In this document: piece by piece, positions 34,149-47,800 of the stretch
Layout: every line of letters starts with the position of its first letter
Numbering within the stretch: position 1 is the first letter of the stretch
DNA from: Bugula neritina
Lineage: Eukaryota; Animalia; Bryozoa
Direction: 5' to 3'
NCBI GenBank assembly: GCA_964035545.1
Contig: OZ037767.1
Coordinates: forward strand, 11,852,581-11,916,580
Length of the DNA: 64,000 nt
Position numbers and translations under genes: made by a program
Notes under the pieces: generated by a model
What the model was told of the DNA's origin: nothing
Seen by the model: the letters and a program-made list of their open reading frames with translations, nothing else
The model's database searches: none

Positions 34149-34605
34149 GGTTACTGTCGTTTTGTACTCAAGTCGTTTCACACAGCGCTCGTTCCGTACA
34201 CAAAATTGACGTTTTGTACACAAACTGCTGTCTATTTCGTACTTGAAATAAATAATAAATCATTATTGAAATAATATTGAATATTAATGTCTTTGTCTTC
34301 ATTGCTGAAAAAAAAATTTATTAACTATGTGCTGCCATCAACTAATGAAAGTATTTAAACTGAAAAAGCAGTCCCCTCCTTTAACATCTACACATCACAA
34401 TAATAAATAAGCATGCGGTGTAATTAAATGTGCCAGTTACTTGTGAGCAGTGCTGTATGACTCATACATCAAATAATTAATAAATATCAAAAAATATGTA
34501 TTTTAGTTAATTTATATTGAAGTTTACGAAATGACCTATGAGGTGTGTACGAAACGACCTGTAAAAGCGGGTAAGAAACGACTTGTGTACGAAATGACCT
34601 TTACC
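34149..34605. mobile_element. Mutator/MULE-like MITE, 457 bp
   Basis: Imperfect TIRs GGTTACTGTCGTTTTGTACTCAAGTCGTTTC / (rc) GGTAAAGGTCATTTCGTACACAAGTCGTTTC; repeated subterminal TACGAAA(T/C)GAC; 10-bp TSD CTTACTGAAA / CTTACTGATA (1 mismatch). Confidence 0.78.
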
Positions 34606-34822
34606 CTTACTGATACTAGTACATTTGTCAAAGCGCTGGTCATTTTAATGTTAAATTTTAATTTTAATTTGACGCTGAAAGTAAATCTGATATGCTAAGA
34701 TAAAGGCAATAAAAACCCAATATCTAATTTATCAAGCTCGGCATCATTTGCGTTTATTGTGTATTTTTTTTTAGTAATACGCTGTTTGTTGTCATTATTT
34801 ACTTTTTAAATTTAACATCACT

Positions 34823-35039
34823 GGAAGCAGCCGTGCTCTTGGGGTTAGAGTGCTTGCCTTGTGAACACAAAGTCATGGGTTCTAAATCCAACAAAGGCCA
34901 TTGGTGATGTTACGAAGAGCATCCATTCATAATTGCTCCTGTGCCCTATCTGAAAAATTCCTTAGCCCGTTCTAACAAAAACCCTTTTCATAAGGGGTTT
35001 CTCACAGGGATAGCCACTATAAACTTGCGGGAGAGTGAG
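34823..35039 (+). mobile_element. tRNA-derived SINE with long target-site duplication
   Basis: Degenerate A/B boxes (TGGGGTTAGAGTG..., GGGTTCTAAATCC); flanking 20-bp direct repeat TTTTTAAATTTAACAT(C/T)ACT at 34803-34822 and 35040-35059. Confidence 0.8.
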
Positions 35040-36667
35040 TTTTTAAATTTAACATTACTATAAAAATAATTATATTGATGTGGACATCGATGGGAGTTAT
35101 TTAAAAGTTGAATTAGTCAGTAACTCATTACCTAAACTAAAAATATAATTTTAAGCTGAACTCAAAGTATATGTGTTAGACAAGTTGTATATCTAACAGA
35201 CTATTTCATGCAACATTTAAATATTACACATTAACTCTGAGTGACGAACACAGCTACTCCTTATACTATATAATATTGAGAAGGCTTCAAAGGTGTACTA
35301 ATATCTAGAACACCAATTGCTATTTCAAATTGAAAAGACGCCTGGAATTTTTTGCATTATATAGTATTATCAAATTGCTTATTAGCAGCGTTTACATAGA
35401 ATTGTGCTCACTATGTTGTATCCCATTGTAATAATAGTCTACAATGTAAATGAAAAAAGGCAAAATATATATTCTTTCGATGGGTTTGATAAGTTATCCA
35501 CCACTTCCTATCAAAGTTTTGATTATACCACAAAAGACTATTTGATAGCACACTCAAGTATAGAAATGTAGATGTTTGCTTCTATTGAGCAAGCTTTTAA
35601 TTTTTGACTGGGAGTTTGAAGTTTAATAATTTTTTTGCAATAGTTACTTCTGATGCTACAAATACCCTCTAGTCCTAGTCTAACAACTGCAGCTCCTTAC
35701 TTACCATAAGGCTAGCAGTAGTGCTCAACATTGCTTAATGGAGGAATATTTGCCAAGAACTAATATTCTCAAAATCAGTGCTGTCATCAAAAAAAGAAAA
35801 CTTTTCTGTCAACATTCTTACATAAGCTTTGAAGCCTACTGTGATGTTCACAATTTACATGTAGATTAAAGCAAAATGCAGTATTCAGGGCCATGAGCAA
35901 TGGTACATGGGCTTCTCGTTGACAACCTCTACTGTGTAGGAAAGACAAACAGTATTTGTATCTAGCCAGTCTTATTCAGAAATCATACTAAACTACATTA
36001 GTGAGTTTTAGCGGATGTGTATTATCACTAGCATGCAAAATAGCAGCGCCAACAAACATCTCGACTAGGAAAAAATTATATATCATGTGCAATGTGAATA
36101 AACATTGGCATAATGTACTATTAGGCTTAGTAACATTTGTTATAGTGCCATATTATGAATGAATGTGAAAATATGTCAGTTACTTTTGTCGTCCGTAGGT
36201 TGATCACTCATGGTAAATATGGTGGTGTAGAATTAAGACCACTTAGGTGCAGAAACGGGGGATGTTGATAACCTAAGTTGTTCATTTGTCTTTATAATTT
36301 TGATTTTGCAAATCATTTAATAACATCACTTCTTTTTCTATTTGTCTCGATTATTGTATAATATACAATAATATTATATATTATGGTATAATATACAATG
36401 ATATATATATTATATACTTCCCGGTCACCTAGATATATGTCGCACAACTCAGCCCCTTTACTAAGCTGTGTATATGATACAACTAGACATTATTTTTAAT
36501 TATATTATTTCATGATACTCTATAAGCATTCTTCCCGGAAACCTTGCTCAAGTACCAGAATGTGACCTATCTAATGCCCAGGGCTTTTATTCTTATTAAT
36601 TGCATCGTTTCATAGGAATAACATTAGTAATGTTACTATTATTTGTCTTCTAGAAATACGTGATACA

Positions 36668-39522
36668 ATGGATTATCTAGAAATAGCCGCGGAGAGGTTA
36701 AGGGTACACTCCTGGAGAGATAAAACAATGCGAACGACAGCCTATTGTTTTTCTATCATTGCATCCAGGTATTCCAATACCAAGTTAGGCGCCAGGGCGG
36801 GCCGTATTGCTACCGCCCTAAACAGCACCAGGGCGTTCACCAGGCTACTCGATGACTTGCCTATGTTGAAAGCTACATTGACATATGGGTTTGGTAAACA
36901 GGTTTGTCCATTATAATTCAACCAATGTGTGTTGCCACTAGTTGGACTTGTACAATTTATGAAAGTTTAATATGCCTTAATATTATCCTCGTAGCTTTTT
37001 TTGTTGAACTTTATTACCAATTTGAATTTTAAACGTTCAATGATGATTGGTTATTTTCTTACACTTTTATGTAATTAAGGTTTTAATAGTGAGTTGATTG
37101 TATCATCTTTTTTGTTGGTAAAATAACTTTTCACTAAATTAGCACATAGTGAGTAAATAGTACCTCTCTAGTATATAGTCATGTTCCTTGTTATATATCC
37201 CGAGTGATAACATGGGACCATATAAAGGAAGCTGAGTATATAGCGAGATAATGTATGTTTTTCACAGGGGGAGCCAATCTTATCCAGAGTGTTGCAAGTC
37301 ATAGAGAATGTAGCCTATCAGCTGTTCTTTCCCGTCGAGCATCTGGCATTGCTCTGCCAGTTGGAGGTGCTACCTGTAGCTAACAGACAGAAGTGGGTGT
37401 CAAGGTGTACCACCCTCTGGGCTGTCGCCCTCGTCTGCGTCATCTCAAAGTTGGTATTACTTCCTCCTCACCAGTAGCCTCTGATTCAAACTCTCGTTTT
37501 GCTGTAGGCTATGCCGAGATCTAACCCACTACAAGCTAATTTGCCCTCAACTTTCTCTCTGCTGGAATGTTGCTGGTTGCTAAACACATAAATAACTTCA
37601 CTCAATTCGTTTTAGCATTCTTTATTTTTAGTAAATTTACAAGAAATGTTTCTTGTTGCACAATATCAAATAGCACTTCTCCCACTTGCACTGTAGTCCT
37701 GTATTTGTACTTATGAACCCAAATAGTTTAGAGAGCTCCTTTGAGTTCTGGTTGATTTGTAAAACACTGTAAATGGTTTAATGTATGACAAATGATATAT
37801 TTACTAATACCTGTTAATACATTGGTAACTACCTGTTAATATGTTGATAACTACCTGCTAATATGTTGATAACTACCTGTTAATATGTTGATAACTACCT
37901 GCTAATATGTTGATAACTACCTGCTAATATGTTGATAACTACCTGTTAATATGTTGATAACTATCTGCTAATATACTTAAACCCGAGTTTGATGTCAGAC
38001 TGTCATTACTTCAAGTTTTCAGGCAGTACTTTTCGTGCTGATATCATGACTGGTAGCTTATGGCACTGGGGTCAAGGTGTTATGACTGTCTACCTAACCT
38101 ACGGCCTTGTGGCCGCATTCCCACAACAAGAGTCATATTAGACCAACACCTTTAGCCTAGGCTGCCTCTTCTATTCCTAATACTCTCTAGCAGTCAGCAC
38201 ACTCTCTAGCAGTCAGCACACTCTCTAACAGTCAACACACTCACTGACAGTCAATACACTCACTAACAGTCAATACACTCTCTGACAGTCAATACACTCT
38301 CTAGCAGTCAACACACTCACTAGCAGTCAACACACTCACTAACAGTCAACACACTCTCTAACAGTCAACACACTCTCTAGCAGTCAACACACTCACTAGC
38401 AGTCAACACACTCTCTAACAGTCAACACACTCTCTAACAGTCAATACACTCACTAGCAGTCAACACACTCACTAACAGTCAACACACTCTCTAGCAGTCA
38501 ACACACTCACTAGCAGTCAACACACTCTCTAACAGTCAACACACTCTCTAACAGTCAATACACTCACTAGCAGTCAACACACTCACTAACAGTCAACACA
38601 CTCTCTAGCAGTCAGCACACTCTCTAGCAGTCAGCACACTCTCTAGCAGTCAACACACTCTCTAGCAGTCAATACACTCTCTAACAGTCAATACACTCAC
38701 TAGCAGTCAATACACTCTCTAGCGGTCAGCACACTCTCTAACAGTCGATACACTCACTAACAGTCAACCCACTCACATGCTTATACTCTTTTCTAGAAAT
38801 GTAATGCTGTTAGCTGAACTCCTAAACGCCAAGGAAAGGCTGCTAAAGTCTGAGCCTTCATTAGATAGGTGAGTGTCATCAGATTGGTGCATCTTATTAC
38901 AGCTCTACTCTAACCTTTGCTATCCTGCGGTCATATTGTTTGTATTGTGATATGAAGAGATAACACCCGCATTTTGGGAACTATATTGTAAATATGTTCC
39001 ATGTAAATATTTATATCAGCATTAATGTGATTCATCAGAGTTGCCTCCTCTTATGTTAGGGCGACATGTCGGAGATGGTGTTCTGTATATTCAGCTGTTA
39101 GCCAATATGAAATCCAGGTCATGTTAGAAACTGGCTTTTAATTTTTATTCTATCGCCGCTAAACTGTTATTGTGTTGGCTGTGATACAGTAGAGTTGAGT
39201 CTACTTCTGGATAAACTATACTTGACTCGTCAAAATGGACCATATAACCTGTGCCATAGCAGATTTTCAACAGCAACCTAATGGGGATAATTTTTGTAGA
39301 GGAGAATCCGGCTTGCATAGTTCTAAAGCTAAAGAGCTAGATTCAAGGCTGCGTCTAACCAAACTCACAATCATAAAAGATTCTTGTGACTTTCTAAATG
39401 CTGTCAACTGGTTGCCAATCACCAACTTCCTGTGGAGCGGCAAACTGTCACCTTCCCAGAGTGCAATAGCTGGCCTCGTTTCCTCTCTGGTTGGCTTTCA
39501 GATTCTTAGACTGACTTCTTAA
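36668..39522 (+). CDS. PEX11G: Peroxisomal membrane protein 11 gamma (PEX11C); 4 exons
   Basis: Exons 36668-36901 (RDKTMRT..Y, RLLDDLPML..T..YG.G), 37268-37449 (QLFFPVEHLA...STTLW-like CTTLW), 38797-38868, 39300-39522 (CDFLNAVNWLP..FLWSGKL...AGLVSS); matches PEX11 gamma motifs; phases are compatible. Confidence 0.92.
37825..37975. repeat. 22-bp tandem repeat (ataactacctg(c/t)taatatgttg), about 6-7 copies, intronic
   Basis: Direct observation. Confidence 0.92.
38182..38770. repeat. 19-bp minisatellite (actctctagcagtcaacac), about 30 copies, in PEX11G intron 2
   Basis: Direct observation; variant units with ctca/ctct and taa/tag/tga. Confidence 0.96.
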
Positions 39523-40590
39523 ATCTTTTTAGCGATATTTTGTTGAAACAATCACAGAATTATGTGACTATCCATGTCTCCTGTCCCTCACTGATTTAGG
39601 GTACTTGAATGTTATGGAGCTTCAGGACTCCCAAACTTTTTATTGATTTAAGGGAATCCCCCTTTTCCAAAAATTGTTTTGCTGTAATTTTGTGAACACT
39701 TTATAATTTTTTATTATAATTATTTATTATATAACACGTGCAACAATTATAATATTTCATTTAGCATATTGCTTTTTAAAAAATGAAATTGTATAATTTG
39801 TATTTTGTTATCACTATTTTTCATGACATTCAATACAATGATTTTTAGGTTTAGTTGACTAGTCTTTAATCTTGTACTTGCGTTATTAGTTGTACTAATA
39901 GTCTGAGAGTTCCACTATAGGTTTCTATTTTCTATTAGCGTAAAAGATTAACATATCGTAGCCATTACATGGCAAGACAATCTTTCAGACTAAACACAAC
40001 ATTTCAGCTTGCTAATTCAACGCACTCTTCAAAACTATTTTGGAATGCCATAAAATAATGATAATGAACAATCTATTTTAGCATTTTATGTATTTTTATA
40101 TTACATTTTACAGTGTTAATATTTTGTCGATGAGTAATCTTTTATAACAAGAGATGTTGAAAAGTTTACAAAACCGATTAAAACATTCAAAATTATAAAT
40201 GACATCTTAGCTAGAAGGTTGAATATCTCTCATGACATATACAAATCAGGAGTTGCTTTTGCAGCAATTCTGTCCTATATTTGAAAAATCTACATTTCAG
40301 CCATTTATTGAAGTTGATAAGGGGACACAACTCCTAATAAGCATTCTGATGACATTAAAACAGCTGGACTTTCTCACTCTGATGGCAAACAGTTCAACTT
40401 AGTAACATGCAGATAGATTAATTTGGTAGCTAAATTTTTAGAGGACAGAAGCCTAACCAACTTGCATCCGGTGTGTCTATAGTGTAAGATCACAGTCTAA
40501 CAAGCTGTTCATTCTCAGTTATGTGGTCAGGTTAGGAGAAGCAGCTGGTAACCTGATAGAAACCATTGCGGACCTGAAAGCCAACGCACT

Positions 40591-42996
40591 ATGAAGATTA
40601 TAATTGCTCTCTCCGTTCTTGTCTTCATACAGGTAGCTGCCAGCTTCAAATGGGAAACATGTGGTAAGTGACTGCTGCATTTGGCAGATTTTCTGTGTGC
40701 TCCAACACATTTACAAACTTGAAGAAAAATATCAATGTGGGGAAAATCTTTTGAACAAGTAGGAGTGATCATTTAAAAATACTTAGTCATTAACAAAACA
40801 AAAAACTGTTTATTAAAGCAACTATTATAGAACTTGAAACTCATCTAATATTGCTATAATTACAAAGAAAACTTATAGAAAAAGTAAAGGAAATATTATA
40901 ACGACTGCCAATAATTAACACAAGTCTGTAAATGGTTTACTGGTGTTTACCAAATGAGGTCATCAAAGGATTTACTAATGCAAAAAATATTTGTACATTG
41001 GCCATTAGATTTTTGCATTAAACTGTGCATAAGGTTTTTACAGTAATGATGGGTTTTCTAATAAGGTTTCCTAAATAAGGAAGATGTCTGTGAAAAAAGA
41101 GAAATACTATAAAATGGTGCAAGAGTATTACTTTGTCCCCAGAACCCTGGTACACCTGACTAACTATCCATCACTACATGGCTATTGTACACTCACTTTT
41201 TATTTTATTTCATCATATTTTAGTTACTCAGTAGTATCCATCTATGACAACAGTAAGAGTAGCTGTTTATGTCCAATACCTTAGAAATTCTGTGTGGTAT
41301 TTAAATGCTATAATAGTGGAATTAGCCAATTTTCACAGTAACACTACTGACGATGACGCAATATTGTACCATTGCATGCTGCTCATGGTAACAACAATAA
41401 ATATTTTTCTAATGTAGGTCAAACTCCCAACACTAGGCTGAACAAATTTGAAATAAGTCCAGTCCCACTAAAGTTTCCTGGACAAATTTCATACAACATT
41501 GATGCCGAGCTGCTGAAGGATGTGAAAGACGTCAGCATGACCCTGAAGATTGTGAGAGAAACGTTTTTCTTGGATATCACTTTGCCATGTGCTAAACAAA
41601 TTAGCTCCTGGTAAGTCAGGCTCTGACGTGGAGATGAATTAATTCACATTTCTCAGAGATTATAGCTTATAGCATTTGACTTTATTGTTTGTGGTCACTG
41701 GTTTACATCAGTATAGGGCAAGGGAGGTTACTCCTGATACAAGTATATTATGATACATTCATTGCTTTATGATGTATGTTGCAGTTCATACAGCAATCTG
41801 TGCAGCTTCTTCAAAGATATGTATGTTAATGACTGGGGAAATATTGGAAAGAACCTTATTGGAAATGCACTCAGCAAAGTATGTTAGCTTTTAGGTTTAT
41901 ATGAACTTTATAACCTTTATGCTTCGACATTTACTATAAAATACTTGCTTGATCGTGATTATAGCAGAGCAGCTGATGATGTTTAAACAATTGTACGGAG
42001 ATTTTGTGTTTGTTTTAAGCTGTAGTTGGTAGTTTGTGTTAAAAGTTGTAAGAATTTTTAATTTTGTAAATTTCTAAAGCAAAGACGCATGGCTTGGTTG
42101 GACTTGTCCTGGCTGGTTTGTTAGTATTCATATAAATGATAATGTCAATATTAAAGATAATATCGTACTTAGTCTGTTACCATGCAGGTCTATATATAGA
42201 AGTTGACAAATTGAAGTGTTGATGGTCAGTTTAACAGTAGTTGAAGCATGCAACTTTTTTATTAAGCTGAAGAGACTTAAAAAAGGAAACAACCCACCAT
42301 TTTTTAAAAAACTCTTGATTTTGGCTTGTATAAAATAGTAGTTGTTTGAATAGTTAAACATAGCCAATAAGAATGGTACTGTAAATCACTTTACAATTGT
42401 TTGTAATATAGTGAAGATAGGCTATAACACAAAGTCTCTACATTTGATCTACAACCTGGTGTTTTTATGCAGGAAGGAATCACCGGGGAAGCAGCTCAGA
42501 GAGCCGAGTTGATTCAGAAGACGAACGAAGTCTGCCAGAATGGCGTGAAGGCTCAGAGGATTAAGAAATCTGGAGTAATAAATGTTCCAAAACTACCAGG
42601 AATTCTCAACTTCATTGTAGGGGTGAGTTTATGAGAGTACATGTAGATATGCTATCTGCATCATGTGGTATTATATTGCATATGTTTTTATTTGTAATAT
42701 AATATTATGGCTAATTATTTGAGGTAAAATTCATACTTAAAGTTACATGAAACTATTAGCATTTTAGATATTCTTTATCAACTAAAGCTCTTCTGTCTTT
42801 CTTGTCAATTTATTCACAGTATTTCCTAGATCAGATTCCTACTAATGTTTCTGAAGAAATCGAATTCAGTTTATTGGTAGCTGAATTATGTTGATGTCTC
42901 ATTTACTAGGGAGATTACTCTGTTCGCATGGAAATGAAGGACAACTCAGATAATACAATGCTGGCATGTGTCAAGGGAAGCATTGAGTTGGACTAA
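40591..42996 (+). CDS. Secreted/lysosomal ML-domain lipid-binding protein, GM2 ganglioside activator-like; 5 exons
   Basis: Approximate exons: 40591-40663 (signal peptide MKIIIALSVLVFIQVAAS-FKWETC), 41418-41610 (ISPVPLKFPG...LPCAKQISSC), 41785-41878 (SYSNLC), 42473-42622, 42910-42996 (GDYSVRM...LACVK); matches the GM2A pattern FSWDNC / PDPI.VPG / IPC...IGSCT...C / G.Y / LGCIK. Confidence 0.85.
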
Positions 42997-44872
42997 TTCT
43001 CTTTGCACCAAAGAAAAATGGTTTGGCAAATAAGTTTTGATTTTTGTTTTAAATCAATAAAGCTGATAAGTTATTCAATCTCAAATTTATTATACATATA
43101 GTAAGTTTAATTGAGTTGGACATACAGAAGCAATATATAATAAATTTAATATAAATTCTAGCTGGGAATACAATTTATTTGAGTTATCATCAAATCATGC
43201 AAAGAGAGTTCAATAATCAATATATTTACTACTTCTAAAATCACAGTATAGGCAATTTATGCCATCTCATCATATTCTTGCAGCCTTTAATAGATTAATT
43301 AATTATCAATGGAATTACATGTCTAATAACAAATGCCAAATAATATAGAAACTAGAAAATAAAACAATAGCGTTTACCAGCTGTCTTAATACCCATATAC
43401 TGCAAACTACATGCATTTGTAGCCAGGCATATAACATATTGATTGCTTAGATGATACAAATTTTAACTTGGACAGTTTATTGGAAACTGGACGGCCAATT
43501 ATGAATATGAATTTATTTTTCAATAATTTCAATTTTAACTATGTACTATCTGAAATTCCTCCGCCTTTGTTGGGATTGGAAAGCTTCATGTCTACCTGGC
43601 ATGAAGGCTTTGCCTTTGTGTCAGGCGGACATTCGAATTAGAAACAGTATTAAGATACTTATGACTGGAGTCTAGACATGTGCAAGACAACAGCACTGAA
43701 TATCCCATATATATGCATTGCCAACCCCAATGCATATATATATGGGCCTTGCCTCTCATTAGGCACAGCAATTGTCTGCAAAAAGCTCCGAGTATAGCAC
43801 AACTTAAAAGCATTGCATATAATATTTCACTACAGTCTACAATCATATTGTAAAATTATCTTTTACATGAAATATATTAATATAATATGTATATATGCAG
43901 TTGTAAATTGAGTGTAGAACACAATGACAGAGATGAAGAGTCTATACACCAAATTCAGATGATGTATCAGTAGCACTGTTCAGATTTATGCTTTCATAGC
44001 ATCAAACTCCCACATGCAACTATTCTGCATGAGCACAAACACAAGATTTAGTTATGTGAACATTCTCCGCTCTTAATAACAAACATTTCAAACTGGTGGT
44101 TTATATGATTTATAGAAAGGACTGCATGCGTAGTTTAGTTCTGCTTTTAGATGCTTCTCCAGTCTGAATTTTGGAAACTCTATTCGTAAATGCTGAATTA
44201 AAGTTCTATTCATTGAATAAAAGCATACAATATTCACAAAATGTAAAATTGCTAGTCTGTATAATGACACTAACATGCTAGCCTAAAAAAAGAACCCTAA
44301 GCCCTCTGCATCCCATATCTGATGCTGGTGTATTTTCACCTTCAATTTATACTTATAGGCATTTCCAGCACTAAAAATATAGTTTTAAACCTGGTAAATT
44401 TACAATTCTGTAAATTAGAGCTACTATATTGTTGATATACTAATTCATATTAAAATTAAAATCAGAGAAAGGAAAAGTGCCCAAAATTTCTAATACTTTT
44501 GGTTGAGATTTATTACAACTGTTATGGGAACAGAAAATAAAATTAAAACTGCAGTAGTTGAATTTAAATAATTATAGTAAACTAATGGCTACTAACCAAG
44601 ACATTGAATTGAAAAAAAATAATATTCAGCATATTTCCACTAAAATGCAACCCTTTATGAAGAACAAAAGATGCTGTAACATAGCTTTTTTTGTAACAAA
44701 ATGCCGTCAATAATGTCTTGTGTATACAGTTCAAGGAGTGGCATTAAGCAGGCTGTTTATACAGAAAATGAACTCTTCCTTAGCACAGTTCATGAGGTTG
44801 AGCTCATCAGCTGAAGAGAATACGCTGACTAGCCTTCGTATATAATAATTTCGTCAGTTCAGTCGACTCATA

Positions 44873-47800
44873 TCACTGCTGTGGGGGCGGCAGCTGTGTA
44901 CTGTGACCTATATTCTGTTGAGGGAAATTCTGCATTTGCTGATTTGGCGGAGTTTGTGACAGAAGTTGCGGGGGAGGGGTCATCATGTTACTGCCTGGCA
45001 TCATGTTTTGCTGATATTGTAAATACTGCATGTCGTACTGTGGGTTGTGGCTAATTGGAACCTGCCCTTGATACACCATATCCTGAGGTGGATATGCCAT
45101 CTGTGGGTGAGAAGGGTACATGTCCTGCTGCATCGGCTGCTGAGGGTACATGCTGTTGGAATAGTCTTGGTCTCCACCCCAACCAGGAGCCATCTGCTCG
45201 CCGTATGGTCCTAAACTCTCATTCCACTCGATGTTGTCGGCCATGTTTACAGGACTTTCCTCCTTTCGAGCCTTGAGAACTTTAGACTTCTTTTTACGCT
45301 CACCCTTCTTGTATGTAGAGGCTGGGGGCGGGGCTCGCAGTGGGTCAACAGGTTTGGGGGGTTCGGCTTCAGAGCTGCAGAAAGTTAGGTTTCTATGAGA
45401 AGTCAGTACATACTAGGAAACATTGATACGAGACACTAAAGTACTAGTCAAGTGTTGGAGACATGTTATAGCCTGTAGCAAGTATATTACACAGAACTAA
45501 TGCGTAAAGCTGAAATGACCAAAGAGATCTAAAAGTTTAATGTTGCTGATGTTTATTATTCACACACTTTCCATCTTAACAAGTAGTGTCATGCACTCAC
45601 CCATTGAAAGGAGAGAGAGAGCTCCTGTGTCCCTCCTCAAACCTACTTGATCTCATAGAACTTCGGCTATGGGGGCGTTTAGAATCGGTCACACTAGCGT
45701 CATCACCTAGAACAGACACGTTTACACCAAATCGTATTGCCTAATGCAACTTCTAATCTTTAGCATTGGAGGAAACAATGTCGAAGATTTGTTTGTATAT
45801 AAATACACTCCACATAATATACGGAATAGAACACTTATATTCAAGCAGTTGGAAAAGACTGTTGCAACTAATAACTAGTACAAATGGTGAAAGCGCTTGT
45901 ACAGGTGGTGTCTCCTGACATCATCACACATAAAAACAAACTCAACAGACCAAGTTACAAATCGATTGAGTAATGTAATTTTAGTAGCTAGAATGGCAGC
46001 CTTGTCAATGGCTATGAGTGGACTTCCTTCGTCTGACTGCCAGCACGTAAGTAGAACGTAGCATTGCTAGTGACTCACGTTCTCTGGCCTCCATCTGCAG
46101 TTGCAGCTGCCGGTAGGACTCCTCCCCCACCTGATAGTCAGCCTCCAGAGTCGCATAGTTCCGCCGTAGAGTTTCCAACTCTTGTTTGAGAGAGGTAACT
46201 TTACGCTCTGAGTCGCGGTGTAGCAACTGTAAGAAGAGACAGAGTGTGCTAAGAAGCAGGCAGTGCAATACTTATCTAGCCTGCTATAGTCTGAGACACA
46301 TAGACTCACTGTAGTCTGAGATACATAGACTCACTATAGTCTGAGATACATAGACTCACTATAGTCTGAGATACATAGACTCACTGTAGTCTGAGATACA
46401 TAGACTCACTGTAGTCTGAGACACATACACTCACTGTAGTCTGAGACACATACACTCACTGTAGTCTGAGACACATACACTCACTGTAGTCTGAGACACA
46501 TACACTCACTGTAGTCTGAGATACATACACTCACTGTAGTCTGAGACACATACACTCACTGTAGTGATTCCTTTTCGATACTCACGTGCTAACAACTTCG
46601 ACTAACAAAATGCTATACTTGATGAGATGATAAAACAGAGCAAGGAATCATTACAGCTCAGTGGTACCAGGTTAGTGATAGATTCAGCTTAGAATAAAAA
46701 CTATTTTCTGCTTATACTAAAAGGTACTACAGAAAATTAGGCAGTAAAATGGCAAATCAGTCATTTTACCTAATTCAGTACACACTCGACATTTCTGATT
46801 TTTAGCTATTTTTCCCAGTTTAGCTGTAATGCATATATGATTTCTCGCCCTAAACTAAGAAAATATTAACAAAATAGTACAGTTGAATAATCAAAGTTTT
46901 TTCCAAGTTTGCTCGATTTTCAATGTTTTTCTATTGTTTTATTAAATTAGTATGCGAGGACCGGTTTTCCATCACTGGCCACACATAAATTCAGCTGATA
47001 TGACAATGACGTTATGCTATAATTTTGCAAAACCCCCTCCCAGCCTTTTTTACTATGCATAGTTAGTATCAGCACATACAATTACTCCATATAGTAAATG
47101 TTTATGAATTTGAGCAAAATTTAATTTTTGGGCATAGCTTGGTGATGTGTACTAAGTAAAGTAAAATGACCCAAATACTTAATTGCTATAAGAATATAGC
47201 CAAGTGAATACCTTTCTAGCAATACTAACATGAGCTACCCCAATAAACATGCAGCAGACCAACATTCTAGTGAGCTGACTCGAGAATCATGTTGAAATAG
47301 ATGTCAGGTGAAATATTTTGCATTTATCTACTCAAAACTGAATAAAAACAAACCCAATACATCCTTATTATAGCATGTAACAAGTCTTACTAAAATGCTG
47401 ATACACGGCTTCTTCACTCGACTGGTTAAATAAAATACATACTTACCCAACTTTCGTGTGCTTTTTTCTCGCCCTCCAAAAGCCTCTTTCTCATGTCTTT
47501 CTCGTTTGTCTTGTATTCTTCCTCAGTCTTGGCAACTCTCTCTTCCATCTGCGATATTTCCGCCCTCAACTCGCTGACCTTGGCAGCCTGAGAGTCTTGC
47601 AGTCGCTGCTGCTTCGCTTCTTCTGCTGCTATATTGAGCCTAAAACAAAGGATATAACTTGCTGCAGATATACAAGCTGTGTTCTATCACAAGACTCATG
47701 TAATGCAGTGAGATAATCTATAGATTGCTGCCAGATGACTCATAAGTTGCTGCCGCATTGTATGAGTTGCTGCTTTCATCGTGACAAAGTCAGTTGTATC

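Noticed and set aside
33956-34274. Hydrophobic Ile/Leu-rich ORFs (also 63214-63420) as small membrane proteins
   Set aside because: Products of AT-rich low-complexity repeats, partly running into a MITE; no splice or homology support
38182-38770. Tandem arrays (also 37825-37975, 46284-46565, 7258-7384) as CRISPR-like arrays
   Set aside because: Units are contiguous with no unique spacers, there are no cas genes, and the context is eukaryotic introns
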